The translations under genes and the position numbers were made by a program. From a virus (Duplodnaviria; Caudoviricetes), in IMG/VR virus record IMGVR_UViG_3300032401_000578, positions 1-57,906 of that record: 57,906 bases of DNA, one strand, 5' to 3'. Below are positions 1 to 8,945 of this stretch, piece after piece (within the stretch, counting starts at the first letter, position 1; each line of letters opens with the position of its first letter). The notes beneath the pieces were generated by a model, which saw only the letters and a list, made by a program, of their open reading frames with translations, was not told the origin of the DNA and made no database searches.

Positions 1-142
1 AAGCCTTGACGCGACTCTGAGACGGCTGGAAGATCGGATCGAAGAATACCTTACTCGTGCGGGAGCGGTGGACGATGGCGAAAAACAAGGCGGCGGTGGT
101 GGCTCCGGTCGCGGTCCGGCAGCGGATCGTTCGGACTGTTCT
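1..142. repeat. Terminal direct repeat / circular overlap, left copy
   Basis: 1..142 matches 57765..57906 except T16 vs G57780. Confidence 0.97.
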
Positions 143-710
143 GATCCCGGCTCGGGAACTCAAAGCGAACGCGAAGAACTTCCGGCGGCACGGCGACGAA
201 CAGCGGCGGGATGTCGCGGCGTTGCTGGACGGGATCGGCCAAGTGGCTCCGGTGATCGGCCGGGACATGCCAGACGGATCGGTGCAGCTGCTCGACGGCC
301 ACTTGCGAACCGATCTTGCGGACGACCGGGAGATTCTGGTTGCGGTCACGGACCTGAACGACGCGGAAGCAGCGACAGTGCTGGCGATGCTCGACTACAC
401 GGCGTCACTGGCAACAATCGACCCGGCCCTTGCGGCGGCTCTGGCGGTCGATGCCAAGGCGTCCGGTGTGGTGTCGGAGGAATCTTGGGCGGCGTGGGAA
501 ACCGTGATAGGTGTTCCGCTCGGCGGCGGTGAATACATCTTCACTCCGAACACGCAGCCGGAGGCAGACAAGGCGGCGGTGACGGCGGAACAGATTGACG
601 CGGCCGGGGACGGGCTGGCGGCGAGGTTCGATGGGGAGAAGGGGCCGGAGTTGGTCGAGGTCACTTGTCCGCACTGCGGGCAGGTCTTCGGTCTGGATGC
701 TCGGACGTGA
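75..710 (+). CDS. ParB-like N-terminal domain protein with C-terminal CPxCG zinc ribbon
   Basis: NxKNFRRH...G...PVI...LLDGHLR ParB/Srx motif; C-terminal VTCPHCG; ATG at 75. Confidence 0.8.
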   Translation: MAKNKAAVVAPVAVRQRIVRTVLIPARELKANAKNFRRHGDEQRRDVAALLDGIGQVAPVIGRDMPDGSVQLLDGHLRTDLADDREILVAVTDLNDAEAATVLAMLDYTASLATIDPALAAALAVDAKASGVVSEESWAAWETVIGVPLGGGEYIFTPNTQPEADKAAVTAEQIDAAGDGLAARFDGEKGPELVEVTCPHCGQVFGLDART

Positions 711-1528
711 CGTTCGATGACGCGGCTTCGCGTCTGGAAACGGTGGCGTGGACGTTCGCCAAAACGATGCCGAACAATCCGCACTACTGGACGCTGCGGA
801 AGGCGTGGCCCGGTGGCTCGGAGGATTTCGAGGCCGTCGTGCAGTTCATCCGGGACGCGGGGCACACAATCCGGTTCGGGCGGACCGACTACCGCTGCCT
901 GAACGTCAACGGGTGGCGGTACTGGACGATGGGTTCTCCGCTCGACCAGACGACCCTGATCAATCGGTGTCGCCTGAACACGCCTTGCCTTTACGATGAG
1001 ATCGCGCCGGTCTACGAAGAGATGCACGCGACGCCGGAAGCGGCTGCAGAAAACGTCCGGCTATTCGAGATGATCGGCTGCCGTGGCGGATCGGTGCTGG
1101 ACATCGGTTGCGGGACGGGTCTGTTTCTCGACTGTGCGGCCCCTGACGAGTACTGTGGCATCGACCCAAGCGGGAGGATGTTGGAACGGTTGGGGAAGAA
1201 GTACCCGACGGCTCGAACGATCCAGACGCCTTTGGAGTCGTTTTGGAGCGGACGCAAGTACGATCTTGTCGTGTCGCTGTTCGGGGCGGCGTCTTACGTG
1301 ACGCCGGACGCGGTCGAGCGGGCGAGGCGGTGGGTTCATCCCTACGGGCGGCTGGTGATGATGTTCTACAAGCCGGGGTACGTGCCGGTGACGCACCTTC
1401 AGTCGGGGGTCGCGGTTCCGTTCTTCGAGTACACTGGCCCCGGCGTTCCGTTTGGGAATTACGTGATTGCGGGGGGCGGGGTCAATGAAACTGTATCTGC
1501 AGAAGACGGTCTACGAAGCGGCACTTGA
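707..1528 (+). CDS. Class I SAM-dependent methyltransferase with an extra N-terminal domain (WTFAKTMPxxPHY)
   Basis: VLDIGCGTG motif I, GIDPS motif II; GTG start overlaps the upstream stop (GTGA). Confidence 0.8.
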   Translation: MTFDDAASRLETVAWTFAKTMPNNPHYWTLRKAWPGGSEDFEAVVQFIRDAGHTIRFGRTDYRCLNVNGWRYWTMGSPLDQTTLINRCRLNTPCLYDEIAPVYEEMHATPEAAAENVRLFEMIGCRGGSVLDIGCGTGLFLDCAAPDEYCGIDPSGRMLERLGKKYPTARTIQTPLESFWSGRKYDLVVSLFGAASYVTPDAVERARRWVHPYGRLVMMFYKPGYVPVTHLQSGVAVPFFEYTGPGVPFGNYVIAGGGVNETVSAEDGLRSGT

Positions 1529-2660
1529 ACGCATCCGGTGGCTGTACGACGAGTTCGACCAAGTCTTCGTGTCGTTCTCCGGCGGGAAAGACTCGACGGT
1601 CTGCCTTCATCTGGCGTTGCAAGTGGCGGCGGAACGGGGGCGGCTCCCTTTGCCCGTGCTGTTCATCGACCAAGAGGCCGAGTGGCAGATGGCTATCGAC
1701 TACATCCGGACGGTGATGTCGGACCCGCGAGTCAAGCCGTTGTGGCTCCAAGTTCCCTTCAAGATATTCAACGCGACATCCGGGACGGACCCTTGGCTGC
1801 AATGTTGGGAGCCGCGCAAGACGTGGATCCGGGAGCGTGAGCCGGAAAGCTATCACGAGAACGTCTTCGGGACGGACCGCTTCGGCGAGATGTTCAACGC
1901 GGCGATCAATTACTTCGCAGGCGGGAAACGGGCGGCAAACATCGGCGGGATGCGGTGCGAGGAAAGCCCGTCCCGGCTCCGGGGGCTGACGCACGGGAAC
2001 ACGTACAAGGGACAAGCGTGGGGGAAGGTGCTGGATCGGAAACGGGAGCAGTTCACGTTCTACCCGATTTACGACTGGTCGCTTTCGGATGTCTGGAAGG
2101 CGATTCATGACGAGGCATGGAAGTACTGCCCGCTCTACGACTTCCAGTATCGCTACGGAATTGCGCCGCGAGACATGCGAGTCTCAAACGTGCATCACGA
2201 GACGGCTGTCAAGAATCTGTTCTATCTCCAAGAGGTGGAGCCGGAGACGTGGGAACGGATCGTCGGGCGATTGTCGGGGGTCAACACGGTTGGCAAGCTG
2301 CGGGACGATATGCTTTGCCCGAAGGAACTGCCGTTCATGTTCACTTCGTGGGCGGAGTATCGGGACTATCTGGTTGAAAATCTGGTCACGGAGGAGGCGG
2401 ACAGGGAAGACTTTCGGAAACTCTGGAAGCGGGGCGAGGGCAAGTACGATGCGGAGACGACCGAAAAGCTGCACCGGATGCAGGTCAAGGCTGTCCTCGC
2501 GAACGACCATTGGGGGGTGAAGATCGGTTCTTTCGAGAACAGTCATCAGAAGAACGTCGTGGGCGGGGTGGCGAACGACCGCTATCACGAACGCCAAGCG
2601 GCCAAACGGAAAGACCGGGAAACGACAAAGCTCTTGATCGGAAAGCGGGTGGAAGGATGA
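1485..2660 (+). CDS. PAPS-reductase-family (PP-loop) protein, IbrA/YbdN-like
   Basis: VSFSGGKDS PP-loop, FIDQEAEW, GMRCEES..R, YPIYDWS..DVW, MRVS. Confidence 0.9.
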   Translation: MKLYLQKTVYEAALERIRWLYDEFDQVFVSFSGGKDSTVCLHLALQVAAERGRLPLPVLFIDQEAEWQMAIDYIRTVMSDPRVKPLWLQVPFKIFNATSGTDPWLQCWEPRKTWIREREPESYHENVFGTDRFGEMFNAAINYFAGGKRAANIGGMRCEESPSRLRGLTHGNTYKGQAWGKVLDRKREQFTFYPIYDWSLSDVWKAIHDEAWKYCPLYDFQYRYGIAPRDMRVSNVHHETAVKNLFYLQEVEPETWERIVGRLSGVNTVGKLRDDMLCPKELPFMFTSWAEYRDYLVENLVTEEADREDFRKLWKRGEGKYDAETTEKLHRMQVKAVLANDHWGVKIGSFENSHQKNVVGGVANDRYHERQAAKRKDRETTKLLIGKRVEG

Positions 2661-3322
2661 CGTGGCAAACGGAACTAGCGGCGGCGTGCGACGCGGCCCC
2701 GGACAAGACGGCGTTCATCGCTGAGGCGAGGGAGATTCTTCACGGGTCGAGTCCGCTCAAGGCGCAACCGGTGGACATCGTGCGGTGGGTACCGATAGGG
2801 ATGGTGGACCCGAACGACTACAACCCGAACTCGGTGGCGAAGTCGGAGATGAAGCTGCTCTACACGTCGATTCTGCACGACGGCTACACGCAGCCGATTG
2901 TCACGATCCAAAACCCGGACACGGGACGATTCTGCATCGTAGACGGATTTCACCGGTACTTCACAGCGTTCTCGAATCCGGACATTCTGGCCCGAAACCT
3001 CGGACGGGTTCCGGTCGTGGTGATTGCGAAGGAAATCAACGACCGGATGGCTTCGACGGTTCGGCACAATCGGGCGAGGGGGAAACACTCGATTACAGGG
3101 ATGGCGTCGATGGTGTTCACGATGCTGGAGAACGGCTGGGAAGACGCGGCAATCTGCAATGAACTCGGGATGGAGCCGGAGGAACTACTCAAGCTGAAAC
3201 ACGTTACCGGATTTTCAAAGCTGTTCGCGAACGTGGAGTACCGGAGAGCGTGGGTCACGGATCAACAGGTAGCAATCCGCAAGAAGCACGAAAGGGAGGT
3301 CGCGGCTGGAACTCTGGGGTGA
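2657..3322 (+). CDS. ParB-like nuclease domain protein, IbrB/YbdM-like
   Basis: NDYNPNSVA..EMKLL..SI..DGYTQPIV, IVDGFHRY, RMASTVRHNRARGKH; ATGA coupled to the upstream gene. Confidence 0.9.
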   Translation: MTWQTELAAACDAAPDKTAFIAEAREILHGSSPLKAQPVDIVRWVPIGMVDPNDYNPNSVAKSEMKLLYTSILHDGYTQPIVTIQNPDTGRFCIVDGFHRYFTAFSNPDILARNLGRVPVVVIAKEINDRMASTVRHNRARGKHSITGMASMVFTMLENGWEDAAICNELGMEPEELLKLKHVTGFSKLFANVEYRRAWVTDQQVAIRKKHEREVAAGTLG

Positions 3323-3385
3323 TTCTTCGGTATTATCGAACCAAGGGTGATGAAACTGTGGCGTCGATAATTCACGGAGAACGCA

Positions 3386-4153
3386 ATGGCGGAAGCCGAG
3401 GCTGAGAAACCCAAGGGGAAACGTGGGCGGAAACCGGGGAGGCAACCCGGAAAAGTCTACTGTCATGCAAACGGCAACACGTGCGGGCGGTTCCCGGCGA
3501 AGGGGCGAACGACGTGCAAGGCTCACGGTGGTGGAGCCAAGGTCGGTTCGGACTCGCCTTCGTACAAGGGGAAGAACTTCTCCCGTCACATGCCGAAACG
3601 GTTGGGGCAACTCTTCGATGAAGCGATGCTCGACCCGGACTTCCTGAACCAGCGGCGGCGGATCGCGCAGATGTCGGCCCGGTGCGAAGAGCTGTGGGTT
3701 CGTATCTCGGCGGAGGAGCGGGCGGCCAATTGGGCGGAGGCCAAGAAGGTCTGGTCAGCCATGTGGGCGGCGAACGCGGCTTACTCGGTGGCCAGCAAGG
3801 CTGGGGACGCGGCGGAGGTGTCGCGGCAAGCCGGGGTCATGGCGGACACGAAGGCGGAGCTGGAGACGATGCTCGGCGTCGGAGCCGGGGAGCAGTTCGC
3901 GTGGGAAGAGTTCCGGAAGGCGTTGGACACGACGCGGCGACTGATTGAGTCGGAGCGGCGTCGCGAGGTAGAGTCGCAACAGGTGATCTCGATGAGTCTT
4001 GTCACGATGCTGGTGGACCGGCTGGCCGATATTGTGAGGCGAAATGTCACGAACAAGGCTGAACTTCGGACAATCTCGGTCGAGTTCACTCGGGAACTTG
4101 GTCAGCAGGTTGGGACTCAGATTGATGCCGGAGTTGGAGCCGGAGCCGGGTGA
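3386..4153 (+). CDS. Probable terminase small subunit (HGG-motif protein)
   Basis: C..C..CKAHGG motif; directly upstream of and overlapping terL. Confidence 0.6.
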   Translation: MAEAEAEKPKGKRGRKPGRQPGKVYCHANGNTCGRFPAKGRTTCKAHGGGAKVGSDSPSYKGKNFSRHMPKRLGQLFDEAMLDPDFLNQRRRIAQMSARCEELWVRISAEERAANWAEAKKVWSAMWAANAAYSVASKAGDAAEVSRQAGVMADTKAELETMLGVGAGEQFAWEEFRKALDTTRRLIESERRREVESQQVISMSLVTMLVDRLADIVRRNVTNKAELRTISVEFTRELGQQVGTQIDAGVGAGAG

Positions 4154-6455
4154 CGAGGCGGAGCCGACGGACGACGCGGTAGACTTCGAGGATCTCTACC
4201 CGGCTCAACCCGGCCCGCAGCGGATTTTCCGGAAGTCGCGGGCGGACATCGCCATCTACGGCGGGGCGGCTGGCGGCGGGAAGTCGTGGTCGCTGCTGAC
4301 GGAACCGCTGCAACACGTGACGAACGGAAACTTCGGGGCCGTGATCTTCCGGCGGACAAACCCGGAGATCACGAACGAAGGCGGGTTGTGGGATGAGTCC
4401 GTCAAGCTGTACCCGCTTCTACAGGCTGAACAGGCGGGGCATTCGTGGCGGTTCGACTCCGGGGCGTCAATCACGTTCGGAGCGATCCAGCTCGAAAAGG
4501 ACGTCTTTAAATGGAAGTCGTCGCAAATCTGTCTCATGTGCGTCGCAAGCGGAACGCCGATTGTGATGGCAGATGGGAGTCGGGTGGCGGTCGATGACGT
4601 GCAGGAGGGCGACTACGTGATGACTCTGGCGGGGCCGAGAAGAATCACAAGAAAGCACGACCCACGAATAGCGAAATGCGTCACGGCGACGATTGTGTCA
4701 GAAACGGGTGACGTCGTCGGATCGCAAACGCATCCCGAAGACCATCCTATTTTGACGGACAGGGGATGGGAGTCGTTCGCTTCGATTGCCAGACAATCCC
4801 GATCCGCTCGCAAACCGACTTCGCGACCTGCGAAGAGATGCCGGTCGCGGCGGCAAAGTCGCGATACCCGATTGACGGGTCAGAAGCGGCGACCCGGACG
4901 GCGGACTCCACTTCTGGAGAGTGCGGGTTGCAAGGGCGTCTGCGTGTCGTCAGCAGATGCGGGAAGCGGTTCCGTAAGGTCTGGTGGTGGACTCCGAGCA
5001 GCGTGGCGGCCTCAAGCGTGGAGCGTCCAAGTAGTGCTGCACGAACGGACTCTTCTGGAAGATTCACGGCATGGTCATCTTCAAATCCGTGAAGATTCTT
5101 GTGGTCAACATCCGTCATCAACTGGAGGTTGCTCGGGTCATTGTTTTGGCGATTCCGGTCAATGTGATGAACAACCTCAAGCCCGCTTAGGTAACGGCCG
5201 AGAACTTTTTCCATCACAAGCCGATGTTGGCGGACGAAACCCCGTTTTGTCACGGCCGGGTGGTGTGGGGCGTATTCGAGAACATACCCAAAAGCGTCGA
5301 TTTGAGTTCGACCACCCATACACGAAGGAACGACGCTTGGCTTCGGAGGACGTCCAGCTTTGTTCATGCGAATTGACTCCAGTTGGGGAACGGACGGTAT
5401 TTGACCTGACAATCGAGGGCGAAAACCATTATGTGAGTTCGTTCGGTTTCGTCAATCAAAATTGTTTCGACGAATTGACATCGTTCACGGAGAAGCAATT
5501 CTGGTACATGCTGAGCCGGAACCGGTCAACGTGCGGCATCAAGCCCTACGTCCGGGCAACGACGAACCCGGACGCGGACTCTTGGGTCGCGACGCTCGTG
5601 GCGTGGTGGGTCGACGAAGAGACTGGCAATCCGATCCCGGAGCGGGCTGGCGTGCTCAGATGGTTTGTCCGGGTGGACGACGTCTTGGTGTGGGGCGACT
5701 CGGCCGACGAACTGCGGCGGCGGCATCCGGGATCGTTCCCGAAATCGTTCACGTTCATCCCGGCGAAGCTGGAGGACAATCCGGCCCTTGAGCGGCTCGA
5801 CCCCGGCTACCGGGCGAATCTGATGGCGTTGCCAACGGTCGAACGGATGCGGCTCCTCGGGGGAAACTGGAAGGTCCGGCTGACGGGCGGCATGTTCTTC
5901 CGGGCGGGAAGTATCGGCGTGCTGGATTGGGAGCCGACGGCGACGCATATCGTGAGGGGCTGGGACTTGGCGGCGTTGGAAGGGAGCGGCGACTGGACGG
6001 CCGGTCTCAAGATGGGAGTTCAAGGGAACGGCCGGTACGTGATTCTCGACCTGATCGCGGGGCAGTGGGAAACGGGCGGCCGTGATGCGAGGATCAAACA
6101 GGCGGCGGACATGGACGGGATTAGCGTGCATCAACGGCTGCCGCAAGATCCGGGGCAGGCCGGGAAGTCGCAGGTTGCCCACTTCGCCCGGATGCTGAAT
6201 GGCTGCAATTGGTCGAGCGGCCCGGTGATCGGAAACAAGGCGACGCGGGCGACGCGGTTCGCGGCGGCTGTCAATTCGGGGCAAGTGGACATGGTGAGAG
6301 CCGACTGGAACAAGCGGCTGCTCGACCGGCTCGACCGGTTCCCGGACTCGTCCGTACCCGACGACGAGGTGGACGCTTGCGCCGACGCCTTCAACACGAT
6401 TCTCGACGGGTGCTGGATCTCGGACGAAACGGAAGTGTCGTCAGTGTCGGTGTAA
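4125..6455 (+). CDS. terL: Terminase large subunit, intein-containing
   Basis: Walker A YGGAAGGGKS; Walker B ICLM|CFDE split by the intein; RATTNP; nuclease motifs WDLAA, QDPGQAGK, DDEVDA. Confidence 0.95.
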   Translation: MPELEPEPGDEAEPTDDAVDFEDLYPAQPGPQRIFRKSRADIAIYGGAAGGGKSWSLLTEPLQHVTNGNFGAVIFRRTNPEITNEGGLWDESVKLYPLLQAEQAGHSWRFDSGASITFGAIQLEKDVFKWKSSQICLMCVASGTPIVMADGSRVAVDDVQEGDYVMTLAGPRRITRKHDPRIAKCVTATIVSETGDVVGSQTHPEDHPILTDRGWESFASIARQSRSARKPTSRPAKRCRSRRQSRDTRLTGQKRRPGRRTPLLESAGCKGVCVSSADAGSGSVRSGGGLRAAWRPQAWSVQVVLHERTLLEDSRHGHLQIREDSCGQHPSSTGGCSGHCFGDSGQCDEQPQARLGNGRELFPSQADVGGRNPVLSRPGGVGRIREHTQKRRFEFDHPYTKERRLASEDVQLCSCELTPVGERTVFDLTIEGENHYVSSFGFVNQNCFDELTSFTEKQFWYMLSRNRSTCGIKPYVRATTNPDADSWVATLVAWWVDEETGNPIPERAGVLRWFVRVDDVLVWGDSADELRRRHPGSFPKSFTFIPAKLEDNPALERLDPGYRANLMALPTVERMRLLGGNWKVRLTGGMFFRAGSIGVLDWEPTATHIVRGWDLAALEGSGDWTAGLKMGVQGNGRYVILDLIAGQWETGGRDARIKQAADMDGISVHQRLPQDPGQAGKSQVAHFARMLNGCNWSSGPVIGNKATRATRFAAAVNSGQVDMVRADWNKRLLDRLDRFPDSSVPDDEVDACADAFNTILDGCWISDETEVSSVSV
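4747..5367 (-). CDS. HNH homing endonuclease (206 aa) encoded antisense within the intein
   Basis: GYV...HP...GFVRQHRLVMEKVLGRYL...EVVHHIDRNRQNNDPSNLQLM (HNH); two HTH-like C-terminal segments; GGAG about 10 nt upstream of the ATG. Confidence 0.9.
   Translation of the reverse strand: MNKAGRPPKPSVVPSCMGGRTQIDAFGYVLEYAPHHPAVTKRGFVRQHRLVMEKVLGRYLSGLEVVHHIDRNRQNNDPSNLQLMTDVDHKNLHGFEDDHAVNLPEESVRAALLGRSTLEAATLLGVHHQTLRNRFPHLLTTRRRPCNPHSPEVESAVRVAASDPSIGYRDFAAATGISSQVAKSVCERIGIVWQSKRTTPIPCPSK
5428..5455 (-). promoter_or_regulatory. Sigma70-like promoter for the antisense HNH gene
   Basis: Minus strand reads TTGACG-16 nt-CATAAT, about 60 nt upstream of the HNH ATG. Confidence 0.6.
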
Positions 6456-6523
6456 TCCCTTTGGTCGCGTGTGTCGTTGTGCGGTCGGTGTCGGATCTGC
6501 AAACGAACAACGAAGGGTTGGAA

Positions 6524-6811
6524 ATGCCAAGGCGAGGCGAGCATACATTCGAGAACACGGAAACCGGGCGGCCGGTCAGTCGGTCTTCGGAAGAGTTGTT
6601 GGAGTTGGTGAGGATCGGAGCCGGGTTGAGGATCTGCGAGATTCACACGCTCGCAGTGGCGTCCGGCGAGGACGTGATGACGCGGCAACAGATGAACAAG
6701 ATTGAGGCGTCGGCACTCCGGAAGTTCCGTGAGGCGTTCGAGGGGCTGGACTTCACTCCGGAGCCAAGGCGGCACGGCAAGCGGGGGCGGACTGCCTGTC
6801 AGATCTCGTGA
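6524..6811 (+). CDS. Small sigma70 region-4-like HTH protein
   Basis: MTRQQMNKIEASALRKFR resembles region 4.2 TRERVRQIEAKALRKLR. Confidence 0.55.
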   Translation: MPRRGEHTFENTETGRPVSRSSEELLELVRIGAGLRICEIHTLAVASGEDVMTRQQMNKIEASALRKFREAFEGLDFTPEPRRHGKRGRTACQIS

Positions 6812-6895
6812 GCCGGGCGAGTCCGTCCGTCTTGACGTGAACGGGCGGCCGGAATAGCGTTCTTCCGTGCAATCCGCACGGAAGGCCCGCTGAAC

Positions 6896-8941
6896 ATGGC
6901 AACCGAAGAACTGGTCGAGTCAGTATGGGGCGACATGGTCCCGTGGGAAGACTTCCCGCAAAACGATTGGGACTCCGCAACCGGGTCTGCGCCGGGCGGT
7001 GTGTACGCGATCATTGAAGACCGGAGCGACGGAAGATTCCGCCCGGTCTATCAATTCGAGTCGGACCTTCACCGGCAACTGGCGTCCGTTCGTCGGGTGA
7101 TCGGACTGAACGAATTGACGGAAGCGGTCACGACGGCCTTGCGGGTCTACATCTTCGGCAAGGGCATTGAGGTCGGAGTCCGGGCAACGGCCCGAAAAAA
7201 TGTTCCGCCGGATCTGGTGGACGACGTGAAGCGTGTGGTAGACCGGTTCATCGAAAACAACGGGTTCATCAACGGGCTGGACACGGAAATCCACCAGCGG
7301 AGCCGGGACGACGGCGAAGCGTGCTTGCCGATTGAGCGGGACGGCAACGACATCATCTGCGAACCGATTGAGACGGTGCAGCTTACGGAGCCAGCGGCCG
7401 GGCGGAGCCTTGAGCCGTGGATCAGTCACGCCTTCGGAATCGACTTCGATTGTTTCGTCCCGTCGTGGTCGTTCGGCGTGCTGTCGGATTTCAAGCGGCC
7501 GTCTCGGGCGAAGGGCTACCATGTCGTTTACGACGGAGCCGGTCGCGACTACGAGTTCTTTCCGCCGGAGCGGTTCGTCCATATCAAGCGGAACGTGCCG
7601 AGATCGGCCAAGCGTGGGATCTCGGACTGGCTGGCGGTTCTCGACCGGATCAATCGGGTGGGGAAGCTGGTGCGGAACTTGTCGCATGGCGCAGCTCTCC
7701 AGTCGGCGATAGCGTGGATTGAGGAGTACGCGGCCGGGACTCCGGCGTCTCAGATCATGGGTTCGGGATCTCCGGGGATCGGCGGGAACGTCCAGAACGG
7801 CCGGAACGGATCGCGGCAGGAACGGACCGTCACCTACAAAGAGGGGTCGATCCTCCGGGTGGGGATCGGCAAGCAATACAAACCCGGCCCGTTGGGTGCG
7901 GAGCGGAACGCAGGCTTCCAAGTGGTTGAGGAGATGCTTGAGCGGCTGATCGGAACGCGGTGGCTGATGCCTTACGCGATGATTTCAGGCGATGCGTCCA
8001 ACAACAACTTTGCCTCCGGACTCGTGGCGGAGGCCCCGTTCGTAAAGGCACGTGAGGCCGATCAACAGTTCTACGGCGGGGCGTACAAGTCGCTGCTGTG
8101 GAAGGTCGTTCGGTACGCGGTGCAACTCGGGTGGCTCGACACGCGGGGCGTCCCGTGCGACCGGCTGGAAGAGCTGATCGACATCACGGTTGATTTCACG
8201 AGTCCGGCGAGCCGTGATCGGTCGCAGCTTGTCGATCAATTGGTGAAGGAGGTCGGGCTTGGGGCGACTTCGCTGCGTACGGCGGCGGTCGAACTCGGCC
8301 GGGACTACGAAGAGGAGGTCGCGGCCGGGGCGAGTGCGTCGGCGGCAATAGGCGGAGAGATCGCGTCTGCGGCACCCGGAGGCGTGGTCGATGCTGGTTC
8401 CGAGAATGTCGCGGCGTCGGCTCTTAATGGGGCGCAAATCGGCAGCCTGATGAACATTCTCGACGCGGTGACTAGCAAACGGATTCCGCCGGAAACGGCA
8501 CTGGTTACGATGCAAGCGGCCTTCCCGTCGCTTAGTGCTGATGTGTTGAACGGAATCCTAAATCCGCTGATCGGCTACGTCTCGCCAATTCTTGCCGATG
8601 GGACTCCGAATCCCGCCGCGTCCAGTGCTGACGTGAGCGGCGCGACTGGTGAGATGGCTAACATCTCGACGCAACAGTGGAATCGCAACACGAAGGCAAT
8701 CCGAAAAATTCTCGACGAGTTCAAGGCGGGCGGGTCTCGTGTCATCGCGAAGGGGATGCTTACGGCGTTGTCGATCCCAGATGTGAAGGCTGAGGAGTAT
8801 CTGGACGACGCTTCTGACGGATCAATCGACTCTCCAGAATTGAGTGACACGGAACAAGCTGCGGTTGGGGCGGCCCTCGAATCGGTAGAAACGACCGAAG
8901 AGGCGTTGCAGGTCTTGCGGTCGATTCGGGATTATCCGTGA
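6896..8941 (+). CDS. Portal protein with long C-terminal extension
   Basis: Position after terL; RDDGEA, VHIKRNV...KRGIS, MISGDASNNNFAS portal-like motifs. Confidence 0.85.
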   Translation: MATEELVESVWGDMVPWEDFPQNDWDSATGSAPGGVYAIIEDRSDGRFRPVYQFESDLHRQLASVRRVIGLNELTEAVTTALRVYIFGKGIEVGVRATARKNVPPDLVDDVKRVVDRFIENNGFINGLDTEIHQRSRDDGEACLPIERDGNDIICEPIETVQLTEPAAGRSLEPWISHAFGIDFDCFVPSWSFGVLSDFKRPSRAKGYHVVYDGAGRDYEFFPPERFVHIKRNVPRSAKRGISDWLAVLDRINRVGKLVRNLSHGAALQSAIAWIEEYAAGTPASQIMGSGSPGIGGNVQNGRNGSRQERTVTYKEGSILRVGIGKQYKPGPLGAERNAGFQVVEEMLERLIGTRWLMPYAMISGDASNNNFASGLVAEAPFVKAREADQQFYGGAYKSLLWKVVRYAVQLGWLDTRGVPCDRLEELIDITVDFTSPASRDRSQLVDQLVKEVGLGATSLRTAAVELGRDYEEEVAAGASASAAIGGEIASAAPGGVVDAGSENVAASALNGAQIGSLMNILDAVTSKRIPPETALVTMQAAFPSLSADVLNGILNPLIGYVSPILADGTPNPAASSADVSGATGEMANISTQQWNRNTKAIRKILDEFKAGGSRVIAKGMLTALSIPDVKAEEYLDDASDGSIDSPELSDTEQAAVGAALESVETTEEALQVLRSIRDYP

Positions 8942-8945
8942 TGCG

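Larger units (their letters stand above)
4539..5462 (+). mobile_element. Intein (308 aa) inserted in TerL Walker B
   Basis: Block A CVASGTPIVMADG; block B THPEDHPILTDRGW; blocks F/G VFDLTIEGENHYV...VNQN followed by Cys+1; removal restores SQICLMCFDELTSF. Confidence 0.93.

Noticed and set aside
4790-5340. In-frame endonuclease domain in the sense intein insert
   Set aside because: No LAGLIDADG or HNH motif in the sense translation; its composition looks like an off-frame read of the antisense gene.
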